A stretch of DNA of 43,574 nucleotides. It comes from Methanocella sp. (GTDB taxonomy: Archaea; Thermoproteota; Bathyarchaeia; Bathyarchaeales; Bathycorpusculaceae). A model generated the notes under the pieces. That model was not told the origin of the DNA. It worked only from the letters and a program-made list of their open reading frames with translations, and did no database searches. Both the position numbers and the translations under genes were made by a program. Position 1 is the stretch's first letter. Every line of letters begins with the position of its first letter. The stretch is from contig JBLNCY010000055.1 in assembly GCA_050261115.1 (NCBI GenBank), forward strand, positions 1 to 43,574, read 5' to 3'. Positions 29,163 through 38,013 of the stretch are shown one piece after another.

Positions 29163-30119
29163 ATGCAAAGAAACTGCACCTGCGAAAAAGCCCAACACAT
29201 ACAAAGATGCCTACAACTCGCCATCATCCTGGAAGTCAGCGCAGACAAACCGGGAAACGTTAATTTGGTGGTTGATTTTGAAGGCACCCGTGTAGAGCAT
29301 TTTTTGGCTTCCTCCGTCGCCGCCGGCCCCTCGTTTATGGATGCGGCTTACCGCGGAATCGAAATCGCCCAAAACAAACGCAAACTAGACAAAGCGGGAT
29401 TGGGCGAGATTATCCTTTGGGGCATCAAGGATATTGACCAATGGCAGCATGGCGGCAACACGTTACTTGGAACAATCATGCTCTTTGCGCCTTTGGCAGT
29501 TGCAGCCGGCATGACCCCCGTGGACGAACAGTACCGATTCGATTTTGGGGTATTGCGCAGAAACATGGAAGCATTAATTAGAGCTTCAACCGCAAAGGAT
29601 TCCGTCGACGTCTACGAGGCAATTGAGGTCGCTAAGCCTAGCGGTCTTAACAGCGCACCCGACTTAAGCGTAAAAGATCAAAACAGCAAAACCCGCCTCA
29701 TCAACGAAAACATCACCTTGCAACAAGTCTTCAAAATCGCCGCCGCCTACGATGACATCTGTAGCGAATGGACAAACAACTTCCCAATTACCTTCGACCT
29801 TGCATACCCCTACCTACAAAACGAGTTAAAACACAAAGACCGAAACACCGCCATCGTAAACAGCTTCCTAAAAGTGCTCGCAACCCACCCAGACACATTC
29901 ATCAGCCGCAAGGTAGGCCTAGAAAAAGCCCAAGAAGTCTCAGCGGGAGCACAGGAAATCCTTGACTTAGGCGGAGTCGAAACAGAAAAGGGCAAGCAGG
30001 CGCTAATCGCCTTTGACAAAAAGCTCCGAAAAGCAGGCAACGACTATAACCCTGGCACAACCGCGGATATTATTGCTACTGCTTTGGCTTTAACGACGTT
30101 AAGCGGCTACCGCCCATAG
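29163..30119 (+). CDS. citG: CitG-family (triphosphoribosyl-dephospho-CoA synthase-like) protein
   Basis: LEVSADKPGNV, GNTLLG, PDTFISRKVG and NPGTTADI motifs of archaeal-type CitG homologs. Confidence 0.85.
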   Translation: MQRNCTCEKAQHIQRCLQLAIILEVSADKPGNVNLVVDFEGTRVEHFLASSVAAGPSFMDAAYRGIEIAQNKRKLDKAGLGEIILWGIKDIDQWQHGGNTLLGTIMLFAPLAVAAGMTPVDEQYRFDFGVLRRNMEALIRASTAKDSVDVYEAIEVAKPSGLNSAPDLSVKDQNSKTRLINENITLQQVFKIAAAYDDICSEWTNNFPITFDLAYPYLQNELKHKDRNTAIVNSFLKVLATHPDTFISRKVGLEKAQEVSAGAQEILDLGGVETEKGKQALIAFDKKLRKAGNDYNPGTTADIIATALALTTLSGYRP

Positions 30120-30249
30120 CCCACGCTTTAACGGGGGCTTTGTGTCGCCCGTTGGTACGGCCTTTTTTTGTTGTATTTGATTCTGTAAGCGTGCGCTAGC
30201 TCCTAAAAAGCCACAAATACCCCAAAATTCACTCACATTTTGATGGTGT

Positions 30250-30411
30250 ATGGATATGAAAGATCGTCACCAAGAGACCCTTCTGCGGCAAGAAAACCAG
30301 CAGCAGAAGCTTGAAACATCCATGAACCAACAAGAAACTCAACAGCAACGCGATAAGCAACTCCAAGCCCTCGATCTATGGCTGGAAAAACAAGAAAAAG
30401 CCACTAAATAG
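30250..30411 (+). CDS. Small Gln/Glu-rich hypothetical protein (53 aa)
   Basis: Read by hand, below the ORF-track cutoff: MDMKDRHQETLLRQENQQQKLETSMNQQETQQQRDKQLQALDLWLEKQEKATK; coding-like A/C-rich composition. Confidence 0.45.
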   Translation: MDMKDRHQETLLRQENQQQKLETSMNQQETQQQRDKQLQALDLWLEKQEKATK

Positions 30412-30431
30412 CGCCGCAGGTTGTTGAGTGT

Positions 30432-30599
30432 ATGGCTGACCCCTTTAAGAGACTAAGACACCAAATCGACCGAAAAAGACGCCACTCATATTATCGTAAT
30501 CACAGGGTAGATCAACTCTTAGACCTCGCCTACCACGGGTTGACAGAGCAGCCGATATGGCAAAAGGAGAACCCAAGCGAATGGCTCAATAAACTCTAA
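30432..30599 (+). CDS. Small basic hypothetical protein (55 aa)
   Basis: Read by hand: MADPFKRLRHQIDRKRRHSYYRNHRVDQLLDLAYHGLTEQPIWQKENPSEWLNKL; starts 20 nt after the previous ORF. Confidence 0.4.
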   Translation: MADPFKRLRHQIDRKRRHSYYRNHRVDQLLDLAYHGLTEQPIWQKENPSEWLNKL

Positions 30600-31156
30600 G
30601 AATCACTAAGCTGGTTACCCATAGCTTCACCCTTAAATCTACCTCTAAATCCAACGGTTGATTTGCACTCTGCAGGGCTAACGTGATATTGGCCCTTCTT
30701 ATGCCTATGACGCTATGGGCAAAAGGCGATTGGAATAGCCAAACAGTATCTATCGGTAAAAAACACCTGCAGTAACAATCGACCTTGATTCATTCCCCCC
30801 ACAAAAACCCACTCTGTTTTGCTTCGGATTAATTCAAAGAACTTTGCCAAGTTAGCGGTGTGGGCTCATTTAGTGGGTCTTATTCCATGACGTCTGAGGG
30901 GACTGGGCGGTTCTGGCTAATGCAGCTGAGACTAGGCTGTGGATAGTTCGCAGTATATGTTACGGTTAAGAAGATGCCGCTTTATCATAGGTACGCTATA
31001 CCTACATTACTGCTGTTGATTGTTTTGTTGTTTGTGGGTGACGCGGTTTACTTTTTGAATGGTAAAAAGTGTTGTTCTGACCTAAGCCGATTAGTATATA
31101 TTTCAATTATGCAGGTATTAGTAATATTAACTGTTAATATCAGAGGCGCACAAGTT

Positions 31157-32188
31157 ATGGAGAGAAAAATCATGTCGCTGGGCAAATCATCACTAGTAAT
31201 CTCCCTACCCAAAGAGTGGATGCAGCTAAACGACCTAAAAAAAGGCGACACCATCTCCTTCAACATCCAAAAAGACCGCTCACTAGTCATCTACCCGAGC
31301 AGCCTAAAACGATCTGAAGAAAAAACAATCACCCTAAACATCCAATCCAACGAAGAAGAAATCCTAATCACACAAAAAATCTTAGGCGCATACCTAAACG
31401 GGTACACAGCCATCACACTCGCCTCCGAGGGAATCTTTACTGTACCCCAAACCCGAGCCATCCGCAACATGGCCGGCCGCCTCTACATGCGAGTCATGGA
31501 AGCCGACGCCAAATGCGTCAACATCCAAAGCCTGATGGATGAATCCAAAGCCTCACTCGAGCAAGCCATCCAACGCATGCACCTCATCTCACGCTCCATG
31601 TGCGAAGGCGCCTTCACCGCCCTCAAAAACAATGACGTCCCCCTAGCAAAATCCTCATACTCCCTCGACGATGACGTCGACCACTTCGCATTCTTAATCA
31701 TGCGCATTCTACGTAATGCCGCACAGAACCCCCACCTCGCCAACGAACTCCACATAGACCCCATAGACTGCATGGATCACCAAACCCTAATCACCCGAAT
31801 GGAACACGCCTCTGACTACGCAGCCGAGATCACCAAACATGTCATTATGCTAAACGGAGCCAAACAAACTATCCCTGACGACGTCTTATTATTAATGGTG
31901 AAAGCAGGCACCGAAGTAACCGAACTCTATGTCAAAGCCGTGGAGGCATTCTTTTCTAAAGACGTCAACGCCGCCGTCAACATAATGAAGCACCGCCAAA
32001 AACTCGAAAAACTCGATGTCGAAATCACATCCAAATCATTCATCGGACCGCAAAAAAGTGCAGAACTCGTCTGCGGCATATGCAGCATACGAGATAACAT
32101 AAAACGCATCAGCCACTGCACCTTTAGCATCGCAGAAATCGCAGTTAACCGAGCCTTTAAAGTACCAACACCAGAAATTACAAAATAG
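31157..32188 (+). CDS. phoU: Phosphate uptake regulator (AbrB-type DNA-binding domain + PhoU repeats)
   Basis: RKIMSLGKSSLVISLPKEW...LKKGD, GAYLNGY, DDDVDHF and MEHASDYA; true start is ATG 31157 after GAGG. Confidence 0.88.
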   Translation: MERKIMSLGKSSLVISLPKEWMQLNDLKKGDTISFNIQKDRSLVIYPSSLKRSEEKTITLNIQSNEEEILITQKILGAYLNGYTAITLASEGIFTVPQTRAIRNMAGRLYMRVMEADAKCVNIQSLMDESKASLEQAIQRMHLISRSMCEGAFTALKNNDVPLAKSSYSLDDDVDHFAFLIMRILRNAAQNPHLANELHIDPIDCMDHQTLITRMEHASDYAAEITKHVIMLNGAKQTIPDDVLLLMVKAGTEVTELYVKAVEAFFSKDVNAAVNIMKHRQKLEKLDVEITSKSFIGPQKSAELVCGICSIRDNIKRISHCTFSIAEIAVNRAFKVPTPEITK

Positions 32189-32211
32189 AAAACAGAAGGG
32201 AAGGTTAGCGG

Positions 32212-33633
32212 CTAAGCTTTGGGGCTTTTGTTTGAGAGATACTCGTGAATGCTTTTCGCCGCAGTTTTGCCTGTACCCATGGCGCTGATGACTGTTGCTT
32301 CGCCGGTTGCGATGTCGCCGCCGACGTAGACGCCTTCAATGGTTGTTTTGAATGCTTGGTCGCTGGCGATTATGCCGCCTTTATTGGTTTTTAATCCGGG
32401 GGTTGTGCTCTGTATGATTGGGTTAGGTGTCCTGCCGATTGCAACGATTACGGTGTCAACGTCAAATGTGACTTCTGAGCCTTCGATGGGTGCGACTCGG
32501 TGTTTGCCGGAGTCGTCGGCGTCGCATAGCCGCATAGATATGGTCACCATTGACGTGACGTTGCCCTTCTCATCCCCGATGAATTTGATGGGTGTGCTTA
32601 GGTACTTGAAGAATATGCCTTCTTCTTCAGCGTTAGAGATTTCTTCTTCGCGCGCGGGCATTTCGTTTCGTGTGCGCCGATAGAATATGGTGACGTTTTC
32701 GGCGCCTAAGCGTAGTGCGCATCTTGCGGAGTCGAGGGCTACGTTGCCGCCTCCGATGACTGCCACGCGTTTTCCTACGCGGATAGGTGTTTTGGACTGG
32801 GGGAAGTTGAAGGATTTCATTAGGTTTACGCGTATGAGGAACTCGTTTGCGGAGTAGATGCCGTTGAGGTTCTCTCCAGGGACTTCGAGGAATTTGGGTA
32901 ACCCGGCGCCGGTGCCGATGAATACTGCCTGGTAGCCTTTGGCGAATAACTCGTCGATGGTGAGTGTACGGCCGATAAGGAAGTCAGGCTTGAATTCAAC
33001 GCCAAGCTTTTTGATGTAGTCGATTTCTGCTTGGACTATGTATTTTGGCAGTCTGAATTCAGGGATGCCATAAACTAGCACTCCACCGCCTTTGTGAAGC
33101 GCCTCAAAGATAGTCACGGGGTAGCCTAGTTTTGCAAGATCTGCCGCGACGGTTAAACCAGCGGGACCCGCGCCTACGACTGCAACTTTCTTGCCGTTAC
33201 ATGGAGGAACTTTGGGTACGTCAATACCACGTTCACGCTCTAGGTCGGCTACAAACCGTTCAAGTCGACCTATGGAGACAGGGTCGCCTTTTTTGCCGAC
33301 GATGCAGTTTTTTTGGCATTGCTCTTCCTGTGGGCATACGCGTCCGCAGATGGCGGGTAGGCTGTTGCGTTCTTTGATTGTTCTGATTGCGCCTGCATAA
33401 TCGTTTTGTTTGATTTGTTTGATAAAGGTGGGGATGGGTACGTTAACTGGGCAACCCTCTACACATTTTGGCGAGGCACAGTTTAAGCATCGACAGGCCT
33501 CAGCTAGGGCTTGCTCTTCAGTGTAGCCTAGTACTACTTCTTTGAAGTTTTTAGTTCGGTTAAAGGCGTCTTGTTTTGGAACTTCAACCGCAAAGAAGCG
33601 GTTGTTGGTTGCTGGGTTTAGTGTCCGTGACAT
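32212..33633 (-). CDS. nfnB: NADH-dependent reduced ferredoxin:NADP+ oxidoreductase large subunit (NfnB/SudA, GltD-like)
   Basis: RCLNC...CVEGCPV, CGRVCPQEEQC, GAGPAG, YGIPEFRLPK, GGGNVA and GGDIATG. Confidence 0.88.
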   Translation of the reverse strand: MSRTLNPATNNRFFAVEVPKQDAFNRTKNFKEVVLGYTEEQALAEACRCLNCASPKCVEGCPVNVPIPTFIKQIKQNDYAGAIRTIKERNSLPAICGRVCPQEEQCQKNCIVGKKGDPVSIGRLERFVADLERERGIDVPKVPPCNGKKVAVVGAGPAGLTVAADLAKLGYPVTIFEALHKGGGVLVYGIPEFRLPKYIVQAEIDYIKKLGVEFKPDFLIGRTLTIDELFAKGYQAVFIGTGAGLPKFLEVPGENLNGIYSANEFLIRVNLMKSFNFPQSKTPIRVGKRVAVIGGGNVALDSARCALRLGAENVTIFYRRTRNEMPAREEEISNAEEEGIFFKYLSTPIKFIGDEKGNVTSMVTISMRLCDADDSGKHRVAPIEGSEVTFDVDTVIVAIGRTPNPIIQSTTPGLKTNKGGIIASDQAFKTTIEGVYVGGDIATGEATVISAMGTGKTAAKSIHEYLSNKSPKA

Positions 33634-34520
33634 TGACAGTTACTCTCTCCTAGTGGTTTTTGGATCGATAGCGCGAGTTTTCTTTCCTCGGTGCAGTAGC
33701 TTTTGAGCCGCTGCATGAGCTCTTTAAAGTTAACTTTATGTGCATCAAATTCTGGGCCGTCCACGCAGGCAAATTGCGTTTTGCCGTCGATTGTGACACG
33801 GCATGCACCGCACATTCCCATGCCGTCCACCATGATGGGATTTAGGTTGGCTATGGTTTTGATGCCAAAGGGACGTGTTAAGTCTGCAATCACCATCATC
33901 ATTATAGGGGGCCCAATTGCGAAGACTATATCGACTTTTGTGTCTTTAGCTAAGAGAGATTTCAATATGTCACTTACTAGGCCTTTTTGCCCTTTTGTGC
34001 CGTCGTCTGATGTAAAGTAAACTTCGTCGGAGACGGCTTTCATCTCGTCCTCTAAGATGAATAAATCGGCGGTTCTTGCACCCATGATAGAGATGACTTT
34101 ATTTCCGGCTTCTTTGAGGGCTTTTGCCACTGGATATGCGACCGCTGTTCCTAGACCGCCGCAGACTACGACGGCGGTGCCGAAGTTTTTAATGTCACTG
34201 GGGTTTCCCAATGGGCCTGCTACATGCATGACTTTGTCGTCAACGTGTAGGGCGCCCATTTCTATTGTTGAGTAGCCGACTTCTTGGAAAATGTGTGAAA
34301 TTGTCCCTTTTTCTTTATCCCAAGAGGATAGTGTTAGGGGGATTCGTTCGCTGTCTGAGCGGATTTTGAAAATGACAAATTGCCCAGGGTGTGCTTTTGC
34401 CGCAATGTCTGGGGCGTATATGGTTATTTTTTTAGTGACAGGGTTGAGGACTTTTTTTTCGACGACTCTGTTGAGGTTGTCTGGGTTATTTTGATATTTT
34501 GCGGTCTCCGTGCTAATCAC
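33618..34520 (-). CDS. nfnA: Nfn small subunit (NfnA/SudB, PyrK-like FAD/2Fe-2S)
   Basis: PGQFVI, ERIPLT, GPLG and NPIMVDGMGMCGACRV...FACVDGPEFD (Asp-ligated 2Fe-2S pattern); directly upstream of the large subunit. Confidence 0.9.
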   Translation of the reverse strand: MISTETAKYQNNPDNLNRVVEKKVLNPVTKKITIYAPDIAAKAHPGQFVIFKIRSDSERIPLTLSSWDKEKGTISHIFQEVGYSTIEMGALHVDDKVMHVAGPLGNPSDIKNFGTAVVVCGGLGTAVAYPVAKALKEAGNKVISIMGARTADLFILEDEMKAVSDEVYFTSDDGTKGQKGLVSDILKSLLAKDTKVDIVFAIGPPIMMMVIADLTRPFGIKTIANLNPIMVDGMGMCGACRVTIDGKTQFACVDGPEFDAHKVNFKELMQRLKSYCTEERKLALSIQKPLGESNCQCHGH

Positions 34521-34686
34521 GCCTACCCGATTGTATTAATCGTATATACAATATATATGCTATAAAAGGCTTGCTGGCTACAAATGACTACCACAAGCCA
34601 TAAACAAGCCGATAAATTTTCGTTCTAACTTGCCAAAAACAGTAAGCTTAAGTCCATTAACGCCCAAATTAGAGCCAGGAACAGAC

Positions 34687-35013
34687 ATGTGTCCACTCAG
34701 CTATAAGTTCAAGCTTTGGATGGTAAACGAAAAAAACGAAGCAGTATTCGGCGACGGCTTAGCTAAATTGCTTGAAAAAATCGAGCAACACCACTCCGTC
34801 TTAGACGCCGCAAAAGAACTCGACATGTCCTACCGATATGCACTACATCGAATATCGTTAGCTGAGGAACGGCTAGGTCAATCTTTGGTTACGCGTGTCC
34901 GAGGGGGAGCGAAAGGCGGCGGATCCTCGGAAGTTACGGCGTTTGGCAAGGACTTGGTTTTACAGTTTAGGAGAAAACAGGCAGCTTTGAGTTCTTCAAT
35001 TAATAGTTTATAG
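34687..35013 (+). CDS. modE: ModE N-terminal-like winged-helix regulator (no molybdate-binding domain)
   Basis: FG.G...LL..I....S...AAKELDMSYR.A....E..LG..LV...RGGAKGGG; alternative TTG start at 34630. Confidence 0.82.
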   Translation: MCPLSYKFKLWMVNEKNEAVFGDGLAKLLEKIEQHHSVLDAAKELDMSYRYALHRISLAEERLGQSLVTRVRGGAKGGGSSEVTAFGKDLVLQFRRKQAALSSSINSL

Positions 35014-35077
35014 GGCACTGCTTTGGAGTAACGTTTTAATTTCCCGATGTTACCCATTTATCACATCGGAGCTTTTC

Positions 35078-35647
35078 ATGACAACTCTGTCAAACCAAAA
35101 AACCAGCAGCAACCTAAGAATAGCCACCACAGACCTAGTCCTAACAGCAATGTTTGCAAGCTTAGGTTTGGCAACAAAAGAGCTACTCTACCCCCTCATC
35201 GGCCCACTAATAAGCACCGCCAACATCCCCACAGGCGGCGTCTTAGGTGGATTATACATGATGTGGATAGTAATCCCCTACGGCTTAATCGGCAAACCCG
35301 GCGTCGCCACACTAGTAGCACTCATCCAAGCATGCATAAGCCTAATTCTACCATACGGTAACTTTGGCATACTCGCGTTTGTGATTTATCTTGGGCCCGG
35401 CTTAGTCATGGATGCCGTTTTCCTGCTCATGCGACATAAAGCTTGCTGCTTAGGATGTTGTATGATAGCGGCTGCCGTCGCAAACACGGTTGGGACGTTG
35501 CTTGTCGGCGGTTTAATCCTGATGCTACCTGCGGTTATTCTTGCATTTTTAGGCGTTGTAGCGGCAATTAGCGGATGCATGGGTGGATTCATTGCGAACA
35601 TGCTCCTAAAAAGGGTTAAGAATGGATTCTGGAGAAGGAAAACGTGA
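35078..35647 (+). CDS. ECF transporter S-component-like membrane protein
   Basis: 189 aa, about 6 TM helices, DLVLTAMFASLG, GLIGKPGVATL and PGLVMD. Confidence 0.75.
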   Translation: MTTLSNQKTSSNLRIATTDLVLTAMFASLGLATKELLYPLIGPLISTANIPTGGVLGGLYMMWIVIPYGLIGKPGVATLVALIQACISLILPYGNFGILAFVIYLGPGLVMDAVFLLMRHKACCLGCCMIAAAVANTVGTLLVGGLILMLPAVILAFLGVVAAISGCMGGFIANMLLKRVKNGFWRRKT

Positions 35648-36144
35648 AAAAATTAACTAAAATAGCGTTAGTTGCGCTTGTTTTATTAGTTATCGCAGTT
35701 ATTCCGCTTTACTATTACACACGCCCCGACGCCTCGCAGCCAACGGGAATGCTGCAAATCAAAGGTAACGTAGCCAACCCAGCTAACTTGAGCTACACAG
35801 AGATCACTGAGTATCCGTCAATCACCTTGCAAGTAACCGTTAAAGGAAACCAGGGAGGCAACGGCGACTTCACCTACACAGGCGTCACCCTAAAAACGCT
35901 CCTAGAACAAGCAGAAATCAACAGCAACGCCACATCTATCTTTATCCAAGCATCTGACGGCTATGGAACCACCCTAACCCTAGAGGAAGCAAACAAAGAC
36001 AGCGCCTTTATAGCCTACAAGAAAGACGGCGCAGCTATGACCCCACTTACTGAGGGCGGGGAAGGTCCATTCCGCCTGATTATCGCTGACGACGAATTTG
36101 CCCAGCGGTGGATTCGTGGAGTAGCAGCAATAGTGGTCAGCTAA
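35644..36144 (+). CDS. Membrane-anchored molybdopterin-oxidoreductase-domain protein lacking Cys
   Basis: N-terminal TM; IKGNV.NP..LSY, YTGVTLKTLLE, ASDGY, IAY..DG, GPFRLII and RWIRGV; GTGA overlap with the S-component gene. Confidence 0.8.
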   Translation: MKKLTKIALVALVLLVIAVIPLYYYTRPDASQPTGMLQIKGNVANPANLSYTEITEYPSITLQVTVKGNQGGNGDFTYTGVTLKTLLEQAEINSNATSIFIQASDGYGTTLTLEEANKDSAFIAYKKDGAAMTPLTEGGEGPFRLIIADDEFAQRWIRGVAAIVVS

Positions 36145-36659
36145 ACCACAAGGTCGAGCGCTTTTGCCTCAACTATTTCGGCTAACGCTTTTACCTCTTG
36201 GGTGTTATTTAGAAGGGGGATTGCTGCGTCAGAAAATTTTTCTCTCTCCGCGTCTGATTCTGTAATTAATCCAGAAAGGGCTACAACGGAGCCATCCAAG
36301 TAGCTTTCCGCTTCTTCTGCAGTTTGTGCTGTGGCGATTTTTGGTAGCCACTTTTCTGACTCAAACCCCTCCAAAAGCACATAATCGAGGCCTTTGAGGT
36401 AGGGAAGGATTTCTTGTATGCTTAGCCTCTTGGGGATGAAAAGGACGGTTTCGTTTCGCGGAACGGCGACGACGAATTCTGCGCCGGCTTTTCGGTAGCG
36501 GTCGGTTTCTTTGTTGGGGGTGTCTAGGGTGGGTATGCGTACCATCTCTTTTATGGTGCCTACACGGTAGCCTCGGCTAGTTAATTCGGTGATTAGGCGT
36601 TCGATGGTGGCGGTTTTGCCGGTGTGTTTGGCTCCGACGACTGCGATGAGTTTAGGCAT
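36141..36659 (-). CDS. mobB: Molybdopterin-guanine dinucleotide biosynthesis protein B
   Basis: VVGAKHTGKT, GYRVGTIK, DTP.KET.R...AGA and DYVLLEGF. Confidence 0.88.
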   Translation of the reverse strand: MPKLIAVVGAKHTGKTATIERLITELTSRGYRVGTIKEMVRIPTLDTPNKETDRYRKAGAEFVVAVPRNETVLFIPKRLSIQEILPYLKGLDYVLLEGFESEKWLPKIATAQTAEEAESYLDGSVVALSGLITESDAEREKFSDAAIPLLNNTQEVKALAEIVEAKALDLVV

Positions 36660-36735
36660 AAATGCACCTTGAGCGTTTAATTATTAGGTAAGTTGGTTGT
36701 AAGAAAAAGGCTTTTGGTCAGTAGATAGAGGGCAG

Positions 36736-38013
36736 TTATTTCTTGGGTTTTACTTCGCTACTCTGCTTTAGCAGCACAATACTATCCGCGGGTAAATCGC
36801 GCTCAACCATGAGATTTGCGCCAACCCACGTATTAGCGCCTATCTTTACGCCAGGCATAAATGATGACTTGATGCCAGTCTTTACGTTATCGCCCAGTAT
36901 TGCGCCAAGCTTGCGTCTGCCGGTATCGACGACTTTGCCTTTTATCGTCATCTTCACGGGGCCATCGTCAAAGCGCAGGTTCGCGGTTATGGTTCCGGCG
37001 CCGAGGTTGCATTTCTCGCCCAAAACGCTGTCACCGACATATGAGAGGTGCCCCACATGGGTGCCATCCATGATTATACTGTTTTTGACTTCACATCCAT
37101 TACCCACACGGGTCTTTTTGCCCAAGCTTGTTCCAGGGCGGATATAGCAGTTGGGACCTACATCTGCCTCTTCATCAATAAATGCGGGCCCTTCGATGTA
37201 GGCGCCTGAGCGTATCCGCGCTGACTCCGCAACTGTAACAGGGCCAATCAAATGTGCACCGTCCTCAACTTTGCCCAGCACGCGATGCTCCATACGCTTT
37301 AGGGCCCAAACGTTTGCATCCAGCAAGTCCCAAGGTCGACCCACATCAAACCAGTCGCCTTTCGAAAGCTCTGCCGCGATGACGGTTTTTCCTTCCTCGG
37401 CAAGCATCGTTAAAGCATCCGTTAGCTCCCATTCGCCCCGAGCGGACGCCTTAAGCTGCGCTATCTTCCCAAAAACATCCCGAGAGAAAACATAGACGCC
37501 AGCGTTAGCCAAGTTAGAGGGCGCTTGTCCAGACGCGGGCTTTTCGACAATACGCTTAACATGCATTTGGCTGTCTTGCTCGATTATGCCGTAGTTTTCC
37601 GGTCGGTCAACCTGGACAACGCCGACAACTGCGGCGGTTTTGCCGTTTCTGAACTTGGAGAGCACCGTTTTTACTGCGTCTTGTCCGAAGAGTAAGTCTC
37701 CATATATTAGTACGAAGTCGTCGTCTAGGTATGGTTCTGCTACGCCAGCTGCGTTGCCGGTGCCTAAAATCTTGGGCTGTTCCACATAAGTCACTTTCAA
37801 GCCCAGCTGTGAGCCGTCGCTAAAGTAGCTGTGGATAGCATCTGCCATGTAATGGGTGACAATCACCACTTCAGTAATCCCTGCCGTTTTTACTGCTTCT
37901 AGGCAATACTGAAGTATGGGTTTGCCGCCGACTTTTAGGAGGTGCTTGGGGCGTGTTGCAGTTAAGGGAAGTAATCTTTCTCCCGCGCCCGCCGCCAGTA
38001 ATACTGCTTTCAT
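36736..38013 (-). CDS. glmU: Bifunctional sugar-1-phosphate nucleotidylyltransferase/acetyltransferase
   Basis: LAAGAGERLLPLTATRPK, RGEWELTD, hexapeptide repeats, HLSYVGDS and ANLRFD. Confidence 0.92.
   Translation of the reverse strand: MKAVLLAAGAGERLLPLTATRPKHLLKVGGKPILQYCLEAVKTAGITEVVIVTHYMADAIHSYFSDGSQLGLKVTYVEQPKILGTGNAAGVAEPYLDDDFVLIYGDLLFGQDAVKTVLSKFRNGKTAAVVGVVQVDRPENYGIIEQDSQMHVKRIVEKPASGQAPSNLANAGVYVFSRDVFGKIAQLKASARGEWELTDALTMLAEEGKTVIAAELSKGDWFDVGRPWDLLDANVWALKRMEHRVLGKVEDGAHLIGPVTVAESARIRSGAYIEGPAFIDEEADVGPNCYIRPGTSLGKKTRVGNGCEVKNSIIMDGTHVGHLSYVGDSVLGEKCNLGAGTITANLRFDDGPVKMTIKGKVVDTGRRKLGAILGDNVKTGIKSSFMPGVKIGANTWVGANLMVERDLPADSIVLLKQSSEVKPKK

Noticed and set aside
30974-31156. 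Hydrophobic N-terminal extension of PhoU
   Set aside because: It runs through AT-rich promoter-like DNA; the AbrB domain and SD start at 31157.
32212-33633. Glutamate synthase
   Set aside because: No large glutamate synthase subunit nearby; pairing with a PyrK-like gene identifies NfnAB/SudAB.
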